Shown here: in pieces, positions 44,127 to 53,407 of the stretch | How the letters are laid out: each line of letters opens with the position of its first letter | How positions within the stretch are numbered: the stretch's first letter is position 1 | From: an uncultured delta proteobacterium | GTDB lineage: Bacteria; Desulfobacterota; Desulfobacteria; Desulfobacterales; JAFDCJ01 | DNA length: 64,000 bases | Assembly (NCBI GenBank): GCA_963769935.1 | Contig: CAVYNY010000020.1 | Location: 473,609 to 537,608 of the forward strand | Direction of reading: 5' to 3' | Program-made: the position numbers and the translations under genes | Notes under the pieces: generated by a model | Told to the model about the DNA's origin: nothing | What the model saw: the letters and a program-made list of their open reading frames with translations, nothing else | The model's database searches: none

Positions 44127-45218
44127 TTACGGCCAATCCTTCGAGGGACTGAAAAACGATCCCCGGGTATCTTTGGCCAGCTTCCAGAATGCACTGGCCG
44201 CAAAGGGATCCCCCTCCATGGGGTATAAAATGATGTTAACCGGCACACGGGGAGGCAGCCGTTGGATGGCGTCCTCAAATAAACTTAATCTTTTTTTTCC
44301 GGATACCCTTTTGCCCCATGGCTTTTGAGCACCCATGGTCGGCAGGCTGTCCGTCAGCAGAAAGATATTGTCCGGTGCCGGTTTCATTTCATCGATCGCA
44401 TTGAATCCATTCAGCAGGCTGGTGCCATTTTGCGGAACCAGTTTGTGCATCCGGGCAACGGTTTGATTGAGTTGCTCGACATCGGCGGCATTCAGCCAGA
44501 CGCCGGCGGTTTTGGCCGTCAGGGGCGCCGCGGTTTCATTGAAGGTGTAAATCTGGTATTTTCCCGTTGCCGGCAACTGGGCGGCCAACCAGTCGACGGT
44601 TCTCACGGCTTGCTGCCATTTGGGAGATTTCAATTTTTCTTTTTCATGCAGATTGCGCCGGCGAATAATCCCGACCACGGTGTCATCCAGCATGCTGGCC
44701 GAAGAATCCACCAGAATAAATATTCTTTGCCCGCCCATTTTCAAATCGGTGAGATACTGGCGATCACCCTGTCCGGGAAAGGGCCGCAGCCGGTTACCCA
44801 GTTCATCCTGAGCCTTGGCGCCGGCCCTCAATCGTTCGACATCTTCTTCCATGGACTTCAAATCGGCTTTCAGCCGGTTGACGTGTTCTTCAGTTGCCAG
44901 AGTGTCTTTGTCGCTGTCGGCCAGCTCGTGCTTTTGTTTATCGAGAATTTCAAGCACCCGGCGGGAGAGTCCCTGGGTTTGCACCAGCTCCTGCCGGGTT
45001 TGCTCCAAATCATTGCGCCGCTCGATTAGATTTTTTTTGCCGTCCAGCACTTCGGCTGCTATGCGGTCGGTTTCGCCGTGCAGGTCGGACATCACTGTAT
45101 CACGCTGGGCGGCACTTTTCGCATTTATCAGAACGAATAGCAGAATGATCGCCCCCAGTCCGCAGGTGATAATATCCAGAAAAGACAGGCTGAAGACATT
45201 TAATTTTTTACGTTTCAT
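44127..45218 (-). CDS. Single-TM coiled-coil vWA-domain protein (paralogue)
   Basis: SLSFLDIITCGLGAIILLFV, a coiled coil, MIDAS motif LVDSSASM, and IFLLTDSLPT. Confidence 0.85.
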   Translation of the reverse strand: MKRKKLNVFSLSFLDIITCGLGAIILLFVLINAKSAAQRDTVMSDLHGETDRIAAEVLDGKKNLIERRNDLEQTRQELVQTQGLSRRVLEILDKQKHELADSDKDTLATEEHVNRLKADLKSMEEDVERLRAGAKAQDELGNRLRPFPGQGDRQYLTDLKMGGQRIFILVDSSASMLDDTVVGIIRRRNLHEKEKLKSPKWQQAVRTVDWLAAQLPATGKYQIYTFNETAAPLTAKTAGVWLNAADVEQLNQTVARMHKLVPQNGTSLLNGFNAIDEMKPAPDNIFLLTDSLPTMGAQKPWGKRVSGKKRLSLFEDAIQRLPPRVPVNIILYPMEGDPFAASAFWKLAKDTRGSFFSPSKDWP

Positions 45219-45390
45219 AATATTTAATCCGCCCTTAGAGATAGATTATTCATAGTTGCAGAAGGCTTTACGAAAATGAAGTTTGGTATTTCGATCGGCG
45301 GCACTGCGGATTAAATATGTTATGCCCCGCATATTTTTTGCTTTATCATCTGATTTCAACATCGCATTTATTTGAACCACAACTTTTTGT

Positions 45391-46803
45391 TTACAAACTA
45401 TCTAGGCATGCAATTAGTTGCAGATGTTCGCCGGGCGATCCAACCCGAATTATCTGACCCAGTTGCAACGTTATACTGCCATTGACTCGCTTTTCATCGA
45501 TAAAAGTACCCTGATCGCTGACATTGCTTAGTACAGTTTCCCCGCCATGCAATGCTACCGTACAGTGTTTGGGGGAGACCCCGGCCGCCGCAACAATTAT
45601 TGTGAGACCGTTTTGCCCGCTGTCATGCGCGGAGCCGATCGTGAGCGGCTTGTCGGTTATCGGATATGCGACGCTGCGATAGAGCAGGTGGGTGGCCAAG
45701 GGGGACTCCGCTTTGCCGGCTGCAGGCGTCCGGTCATCCGGCTGCTGGGGACGCTGCCAGGGACGGCTGGTGAAAAATGATATGCCCTGGTTGCTGCGCT
45801 GCGCTTCCAGCCGGTGCCAGATTTCCAGCGCACCCAAAACACCGGCCTCCTGATCGAGTTCAATAATTTGGGCATCTTTAATTGAGCTCAGCATTTCCAC
45901 GCACCCGGGCAGGCGTGCCAGACGGTGTGATACTTGAAGGACTGCGGCTGGGTGCCCTCCTGCCCGCTTGCTTCGCATGCGGTCGATTAACCGGATGATC
46001 TCCCTGTAAACGGACTCCGCTCGGCGGACCATCAGATCGCGTTCCAGTGTGATGCTGTAGGCTGCAGAACCGCCGGCCATTTCCAGCACGATGGCGGGAT
46101 GATGTTGCAAATGAGAAATCAACCCCGGCAGGCGGTCGTATAATTCCTGCTCTGAGGCGGCCTGATGGAAAGGATCAAAACGGGTGGTGCGAACAAATTC
46201 CTGGGCGATTGCATCCACCCATTCCCTGTAAAGGTTCAGCAGGCCTTTTTCACTGGTGGTTGCCGTATCCCTTATTGTCAGCTGTTCGCCCTGCTCGAGA
46301 TAAACGACCTCGAGACGGTGCAGGTGAATATCAACATGCAGAAGCATTTTATGCGGGACGGGACGGGCTGCCGCTGCCAGGGCCAGCGGTAAAAATCCTG
46401 TTACGGGCATGCCCAATTCCTGGGCAATTCCCAGGATAAGACCGAGCTGTGGTCTTTCATAGAAACCCGGTGTAAGAATAACCATTGCATTGCCGAACTT
46501 TTGAAGCTGGGGCCAGATAGCGGACAGATGGCGGTAAGCAATTTCAGCGTTATTCTGGGGTGCCCGCCTGGCGGAGTGCTCCAGCGGTTCGGTAGTGAGC
46601 TGATCCCAGAAACGGTTAAGGATTTGACGCGGAAACAAATGGGCTTTGCTTGCGGCAGTCCGGCCTACCAGCAGCTCCTTTTTTTGCGGCAAAGCGAAAC
46701 CGGGGCTCTCCTGGGCCGGTCCGTCCAGGCAAATCAATCCGGCGGGATCGCCGGCGGCAGCCAGGATGCCGGTGTCGTTGAGTTCAAGGACGATTAGGGG
46801 CAT
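45391..46803 (-). CDS. Degenerate Hsp70/actin-like domain plus C-terminal FHA-like domain protein
   Basis: The N-terminal pattern parallels the Hsp70 NBD. The C-terminal LTIGS...VSPKHC...SDQGTFIDE...LQLGQIIRVG fits FHA. Confidence 0.65.
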   Translation of the reverse strand: MPLIVLELNDTGILAAAGDPAGLICLDGPAQESPGFALPQKKELLVGRTAASKAHLFPRQILNRFWDQLTTEPLEHSARRAPQNNAEIAYRHLSAIWPQLQKFGNAMVILTPGFYERPQLGLILGIAQELGMPVTGFLPLALAAAARPVPHKMLLHVDIHLHRLEVVYLEQGEQLTIRDTATTSEKGLLNLYREWVDAIAQEFVRTTRFDPFHQAASEQELYDRLPGLISHLQHHPAIVLEMAGGSAAYSITLERDLMVRRAESVYREIIRLIDRMRSKRAGGHPAAVLQVSHRLARLPGCVEMLSSIKDAQIIELDQEAGVLGALEIWHRLEAQRSNQGISFFTSRPWQRPQQPDDRTPAAGKAESPLATHLLYRSVAYPITDKPLTIGSAHDSGQNGLTIIVAAAGVSPKHCTVALHGGETVLSNVSDQGTFIDEKRVNGSITLQLGQIIRVGSPGEHLQLIACLDSL

Positions 46804-46825
46804 AAAAAAATACCTTTTTTTGAGA

Positions 46826-46970
46826 CTAAAGGATAAAGGCTAAAGGTGAAAGGTAAAAAGAAAAGGTATGGGGTGAAGGTGCCGCCTTTACGCTGTGCGC
46901 TATGCTTCCCCTTCTATCTTATACCCTCGACCTTAAACCTTTATCCTTTGGCCCATCACCTTTATCCTTA
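46826..46970. repeat. Heptamer-armed palindrome (AAAGGNT)n...(ANCCTTT)n
   Basis: taaaggataaaggctaaaggtgaaagg ... ccttaaacctttatcctttggcccatcacctttatcctt. Confidence 0.65.
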
Positions 46971-46973
46971 TTT

Positions 46974-47777
46974 TCATTGCGTATGCAGATGCCTCGTCAG
47001 CTTCTCCTCACAATACGCCTCGGTGTCCAGCACGTAGTGTTCCTGCAGCGATTGCAGCTGATGCAGCAGGAACATCAGGACAATGCTGATTAAAAGCGCA
47101 ATCAACGTTGAGTTGAAGGCAACGCCCAGACTCGTGGTGACATCGAAGATATCTCCCTCAATCGCCTTGTGGGCGTACCCAAGGGCCAGGCCGATGCCCC
47201 GCACGGTGCCGATAAATCCCACCGAGGGGATCGCCCACGCAATATAACGGATCATGGACAACTCGGATTCCAGCCGCTCGGCTTCGGCCGCACAGTACGC
47301 ATGGGTGGCGGCGGCCGCATCCTGGATGTTCCGGGTGGTGCTGAATCTGTGCAGGGCCGCCAGCAAAGCTTTGGGGAGCAACGCGTTGCGCTGATGAGGC
47401 GGCAGGGCCTGGATCTGGCGTGACAGATCCCGGGTGTCTTCCGGCAAGATGCGCATATCCTCTGCCAGTGGTATCAGGTCTTTTTGCAGCAAGGCCCGCT
47501 GCCTCACCGTGACCACGCCTTTATATGCCATGATGGCGACTGCCCAGAACATCAGAATAAAACAGGCTTCCTGTTCGTAGTCGCGGATCACGACATATAC
47601 GGAGCGCTCCGTGATTTGTGATTTGTCCTCTTGCACCAGGGCGGCCTGCTTTGCCAGAATCGCGTCGGCATTCGGCCGGATCACGGCGACATAGGCCGCA
47701 TGCACGATGATAAAAATCAGTATCAGCGCAAACAACTGGTAGATGAATTCCAGCGAGATCGGGAAATTTTTTTTCAT
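46974..47777 (-). CDS. MotA/TolQ/ExbB proton-channel family protein
   Basis: IRYIAWAIPSVGFIGTVRGIG...SLGVAFNSTLIAL. Confidence 0.92.
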   Translation of the reverse strand: MKKNFPISLEFIYQLFALILIFIIVHAAYVAVIRPNADAILAKQAALVQEDKSQITERSVYVVIRDYEQEACFILMFWAVAIMAYKGVVTVRQRALLQKDLIPLAEDMRILPEDTRDLSRQIQALPPHQRNALLPKALLAALHRFSTTRNIQDAAAATHAYCAAEAERLESELSMIRYIAWAIPSVGFIGTVRGIGLALGYAHKAIEGDIFDVTTSLGVAFNSTLIALLISIVLMFLLHQLQSLQEHYVLDTEAYCEEKLTRHLHTQ

Positions 47778-48001
47778 TATAAATTTTTTTCAGTATTCAG
47801 TATATGGATCAGTCTTTGGTTGCTATTTCTTTATTCCAATGAGCTACCGCTTTGAGTGTAAAAAAAATTATCTTAAAATGCAAAAGGCTTTACGTTTAAA
47901 ACTCTGAATTGACACTAACCCTGTGTCCTTTTCTCCCAACGCCATGGTCCAATGCCCTCTGCACGACGCTCTTTACTCTTTGCCCTCTGCGCTATGCCAA
48001 T

Positions 48002-48358
48002 TCAGATATCGGCCGGAAAATCCACCGCCTGCTCGGCGGCAATTTTTTCCGACGGTACAAAGGGTTTCAAGGGTTTTGCGGCGGCATCTTCTGAATTTTC
48101 GCTGCTGCTCTCGGCGTTTTCCGACCCTGGGCCGGCTGTCCGCTCCTTATTATCGGTGGCCGTGTGCGTTTGGCTTTGCGCGGCGTCTGGTCCATTTTCC
48201 GCCGCTATCACCAAATGCTGCTTTATTTGAATTGAGCCGATGTTTGGGGTTCGCTCGGCGGTTGGGCCCGAAGCACGTGGATTCCCGCCCGGATTTGCCG
48301 GTGAACTCAGGGCGACGGTCATTAAGGTGATTGCAAATATGATTTTTTTATTTTTCAT
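48002..48358 (-). CDS. Small exported hypothetical protein
   Basis: Signal-peptide-like N-terminus, low-complexity middle, and C-terminal FVPSEKIAAEQAVDFPADI. Confidence 0.65.
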   Translation of the reverse strand: MKNKKIIFAITLMTVALSSPANPGGNPRASGPTAERTPNIGSIQIKQHLVIAAENGPDAAQSQTHTATDNKERTAGPGSENAESSSENSEDAAAKPLKPFVPSEKIAAEQAVDFPADI

Positions 48359-48510
48359 AACTTAACCCGGATCCGCCAGAGGCGGAGAATCAAAAAAGAA
48401 ATTGATCACGAAAGCACGAAAAAGAGAAAAGATAAATTTCGTGCTTTATAAATTTCGTGGTTTCCTGGTGAAAAAGCTTTTAAAATATGTCCGAATTCAC
48501 AAATAAGCGC

Positions 48511-50629
48511 CTATTTAGTATACCTACAAATGCGAAATCCCAGATCAGGACGTTCGGAATCGCTGTAATCGCGGTATGAATTGCGCAGTTCACTGATACC
48601 GCTCTGCATCCAGCTGGAACCTTTCACCACATGATGTTTGCCTGCTTGGGGTCCTGTGGGATCAGTATACACTTTTTGGCCGTTGTAGGGATAAATCGTA
48701 TAGAAATCATGAACCCATTCAGACACATTGCCGCCCAAGTCGTAGAGGTCCAGCCCGTTTCGGTTTAAATTTGCCCGGCGGGGCGCTGACCGGATAACCA
48801 TCATTATAGTCCGCCAGATAGGTTGTCAGCAAGTCTTTGGCGGAAACATCCGCAAAATTTCCGGCTTCGGCGGGGGGCGGATATGCGATCTCCCCAGGGA
48901 TATTTCAGATCGGCTTTTTGGCTCCGAGCGGGCGCAAAACTCCCACTCGGCTTCCGTTGGCAGTCGATAGCCGTGTCCGATTGGGGTCGGGGGCAACCAG
49001 AGTGCCGTCTTTGCTCGACATAGACCGGCGGCAGTGATTCCTTGACGCTGAGCCAATTGCAAAAAGCGCCGCCTGTCCCAGGTAATCAGAACCGCCGGTA
49101 ATTGATCCCGGTTAGGCTCTGCGTTTTAAAGAGCCAGAATTGTGCTCGGACATAAACTGCTCTGAATTCACGGTTGGTAACTTCCCTTATTCCCATATAA
49201 AACGGCCGCTGCAGTTTAATATTGCGCAGGGTTTCATTGGATCGGCGGCCCTGTTCGCGCCGCGATGAGCCCATGCAAACGAGTCCGGCTCAACCAGTTT
49301 CAGCTCATAGCCGTTTTTGGCCTTGATCACCTGGCGGTGGCGCGGAGCGGGAGGAATGGCAGTTTATTAACACAACATTAATTTCTTGGTCGAATCCCGG
49401 ACGCGGCGTTATCCGGGTCCGATAGGTCTGATAGCCTTGTTTTCTAATCTCCAGTTCATGCCCGACGGCGATCAGGTGCAGAGTGGCGGAACCGTGCCGG
49501 CCTGTCTTGCCGTCTATAAAAAGGTCGGAATCGGCCGGCTGCACGCCAAAGATTAATGATGCCCGTTTTGGTTTTAAGGTGATGCTCGAGGGTTTTTGAT
49601 TCCTCACTGCCAATTTAACATTCCGGGCGGCATTTTCGTAGCCGGCCTTGGATATTTGAATCAGACGGGTCTTCATTGGCCGTCAGCTTCAATTCCAGCG
49701 GGGTTTGACCGGCAAACGTCTTGCCAAGCAGCACATTGGCTCCGGCCGGCTTCGTTTGAACTGTCCAGTCGGCCGTCTGCCGGCTGCAGCCGATGGTTTC
49801 AAGTACCTGCGGTTGATTGGCGATCACTGCCAGGCGGGTGTGCCACGCTTTAAACCATCCGCCCGGATTTCAAGGTCGTGTTCACCCTCAATCAGATTGA
49901 TTTTGAGCGGGGTGGCGCCGACGGGTTGTCCGTCCACCCAAACGGCGGCATTCCCCGGATCGGACTGCAGGCCGATCTCGGCCCATCCCGGAACCAGGGC
50001 CAGGTTAAATTCCTGGTGCTCCCCGCAGCCCGCCACCTCGATCTCGGTCTGCGGCACCTGAAAATTTTCGGCCTCGAACATGATGCGTCCGGGACCCGGG
50101 CTGTGACATGCATTTCGGCGAGCGGGAGTGCTTCCGATCGGGTCGTTTCCGTCGATTAAACGAGGGCGCCCTCAAGCAATGCCGAGGGCGGAATCGGCCT
50201 GATGGGCCAGAACTGTAAGCCGTCCCGGCTGTCTGGCCATTGTGAAATTAAAATGCGGGCTTTTTTCATCTGGTCACTGTCAACTGGCGCTCAAGGGGTT
50301 GAAAGCATTCTTTGACGGCCTGCAGTTGATAGACAGCCGGGCCGCATCAGAAAGTATCCGCCGATTTGGGGGGCAAGGATCCCACCGCGAATAGATACCT
50401 TTTCGGGTTCCGGTTCGATTCGGATGACAACCTGGCGGGCCGTAAATACAAACCAGGCCGCTAAACACAACCAAAGCAGCACCTGCAATGATTGGGCCGA
50501 GCAACCATTTCAGAACCTGCCGGGAGCGTTGACCGCCTGGATACCTGTGGCGGCGCGGAAAGAAATCGGTTTTATTTCCACCGGTTCTTCGCTGCCGTTG
50601 TGGTGCTTGGTATCGTCTTTGTATTTCAA
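48511..50629 (-). pseudogene. PEGA-repeat + FGE-sulfatase (SUMF1/GldK-like) domain protein, broken by many frameshifts
   Basis: Fragments in shifting frames: TM (LAAWFVFTARQV), PEGA repeats (SDPGNAAVWVDGQPVGATPL), MGSSRREQGRRSNE, EVTN, YRLPTEAEWE, DLGGNVSEWVHD and LGFRIC. The TTG start overlaps the upstream stop. Confidence 0.8.
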
Positions 50630-52168
50630 ATTTTATCCCTGCATTGAATCGTCACCCGCAACAGCGGCTGGTCGGCTTTGACAACGATTTGCTGCCGGAC
50701 ATCCTGGTATCCATCCCGGGCGCCCACCACCGTGTAGGTGCCCGGCCGAAGCTTGAGTTCGTGTTGGGAAAACCGGCCCAATTTTCCAACCCTATAAACG
50801 GCAATTTGCGTGAGGTTGTCCGACTCGATGATGACACTCACCGGCGCTCGGGCGACGGCAACCAACTCTTCCAGTTTTTTAATCTGAACGGCCAGCTTGG
50901 GGCCTTGCGGTTCAGCTGCTTGCGCCTCAGTGAGCAGTAATGCGGCATTGTTAAGCTGTTTGTCCGACTCCAGAGCCTGCGGCTGGGAAATAAAAAAATT
51001 TAATCGCCGGGCCAGGCGAATCTGCTCCTCGGCCCGTTCCTTGCCGCGCACGGCAAACTGGAGGCTTTTATCGATAGCCAGCGCTGCCAGATATGAATCA
51101 AGCGCGCTCTGCCACTGTTCGGATTGGTCGGCAATCCGCGGCTTCTTGCGCAGCGTGGTCAATGCGGGCCAGGCGCCGTGCCTGATCCACCTGAAAAAGG
51201 GCATCCGATGCCTCACGCGAATCCGGCTTAAGCGACCTGGCTTCCAACAACCGCGAGTGTGCCAGCTCATAATCATTTTTATAAAGGGCCGTCAGCCCTT
51301 CGGACATCAGCTGTTTGAACTGCTGTTCATTGAACAGAGCGGTAACCCGGTCAAGGGCCTGGTGTGCCTCGGCGGCATCGGGATCGATGTTCAAGGCCTG
51401 CCGGTAATCGGCCCGGGCCGCCGACAGCGCCTGTTCGGCCTCGTGCTGCCTGCCCGAATGAATCAACCGCACGACCGCCTCGATGGTTCGAGCCCGTTTA
51501 AGTCCCTTTTGGGCGGATAAGTCGTTGGGATCGATCATCAGGGCCACGTTGAATTTGTTTTGAGCCACCGTTCCCTGGCCTTGGTTGAGGGCGTCTTGTC
51601 CTTCCGCCAGCAGGCGCTGCAGTGCATCGGCGGTCCGGTCGTTCAGCCGGCCGGCTAGCGCCGTCGCCTGTTCATATTTGTCGGCAGCCGGGAGGAATTC
51701 TTCATGCATGAGGTGCGTATCCGCCTCACGAGCCAGTCCGCTCATTTCGGCATATGCTGCTGCCCCCCACGCGGACGCAGCTTTGCGATCCAGCACCTCT
51801 TTGATCTCTATGAATTCGGCCAGCTTCTGGTCGGCCTTACCTTTATCCAAGGCAAGCTGAGCCGGATCGACCGCCGGCGGCGGCAGGGTTTTGATTGGCG
51901 CGGCCGATTTATCCTGCACCTCAGGTTTGCCGGATGGGTGATGGATTGCGGCGGAGGGGGACGGCAGTGGATTTTTTGATAGATAATTCAACAACCAGGC
52001 CCCACCGGCGACCAGACTTACAATCGCACCCAGCAGGGCGATTATTCCAAGCTGGTACCGGCGCTTGCGATGTTCATCGTCGCGCCGCCTCTTTTTGGGG
52101 ACGCTAAGCGGGGTGATGGTCTCCGCGGCTGCCGGAGTGGGTGCATCCTTTTGTGTCATTTTAAACAA
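50626..52168 (-). CDS. Single-TM TPR-like helical protein with C-terminal beta domain; frameshift near 51157
   Basis: ORFs 51098..52168 and 50626..51276 join at RLARID/LRKK. TPR-like segments (YRQALNIDPD) and C-terminal LRPGTYTVVGARDGYQDVR. Confidence 0.7.
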
Positions 52169-52176
52169 ATAAACTA

Positions 52177-53395
52177 TTATTCGCTATCGGATTTTCCGTT
52201 ATCCGAAGCCTGATCCGGCTCAAAACCGGTTTCAGCATAATAAATTTTGCGCAACAGCTCCCGCCATTTTTTAAACTGCTCTTCGGCCGATCCGGTGAGC
52301 TCATATTGCTTGCCCTCAAATTCCATAACCACGGGTTTCATCTCACCGCTGAACGAATCGCTGAGTTCCCGTATGGCCGCTTCATGAATTTCAGCCTCTT
52401 TGGAGACATTGAAACCGTCCAGGATGACCTGACCGCCGATCAGAACCAACCCTGTCTGCAGCACAATCGTATTGTTCGCATGACTGACTCCCGCCGCAAT
52501 CGCCCCGGCTATCATCAGGGCGCCGATAAGTTCGCGGGTCAGGGCTTTTTTTTTGATTTCCTTGATGGCCTGGCGTTCGGTCAGGTTCAATTGACGCCAA
52601 TTTTCATAGGAAGGCCACATGGCAGTATAAAACTGCCCGTATTGTTCATTGAGGGTGTCGACGTACATGTACTCCCGCTCGCGAATTTTGAGCAGGCGCT
52701 GCAGCATGGGATCATCATCGGCCGGCAGGCGTTTGATGGCAACCAGATCATTTTTATCTTCGTGCCAGATAACCCTTGAAGGCTTCCGGGGCGAAATCTT
52801 CGGCATATTTTAATTTGGCGGTTGTGCGCAGGCTGCGGATCTGCGCGGGACTCAAACGGTTTTTAAAATCAGCCATGTCGTTGGCAATGGCATTGTAGAT
52901 ATCCTGGAATGCGTCTTTTTCTCCCGGATGATTGTTCTCGTATGCGTTTTTGGCGGCTTCCTCCCGGTAATTTTTTTTAAACCAGCTTTTACCGCTGGCA
53001 TCGATTACCTCGATTTTCAGACCCAGGTATTGGCCGTTGGATTCCAGAATTTCGCCTTTTACCAGCACATCAAAACTGTCGGTTTCAGCCGGGATAACCT
53101 CGACGGCGCCCCATTGGCCGCTTTGCTGCAGGGTGTTTTTCAGATGATAGGGGATGAAATTGGTTTCAGCTTTGCGGATATCGCTGTGGGTTCCCTCTTT
53201 TTCAGCCTTTTCTTCCGTCAGTTCCGTGCTTTTAAAAACGAGAACGCCCACATCCAGCAACTGGTCTTCAGGAATCTCCTCTGCGGCCCGCATGATTGGC
53301 GTCGGGCCCACCTGTTGGGCATAATACGTGGCGCAGCCGGTCATGATAACCATAATAACGGCGACGCCTGCAAGAGTGTGGAAACCGTATTTCAA
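52177..53395 (-). CDS. Hypothetical lipoprotein; frameshift near 52762
   Basis: Lipobox-like IMTGC. ORFs 52754..53395 and 52177..52806 join as ..FKGYLA/EDKNDLVAIKRLPADDDPM. Confidence 0.7.
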
Positions 53396-53407
53396 ATCAA
53401 CACCAAA

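Noticed and set aside
42909..47777. MotA cluster as Zorya, Tol-Pal, Ton or a flagellar stator
   Set aside because: There is no OmpA-like peptidoglycan-binding B subunit, no ZorC/D/E-like nuclease or helicase, and no TolA/TolB/Pal, TonB or flagellar genes.
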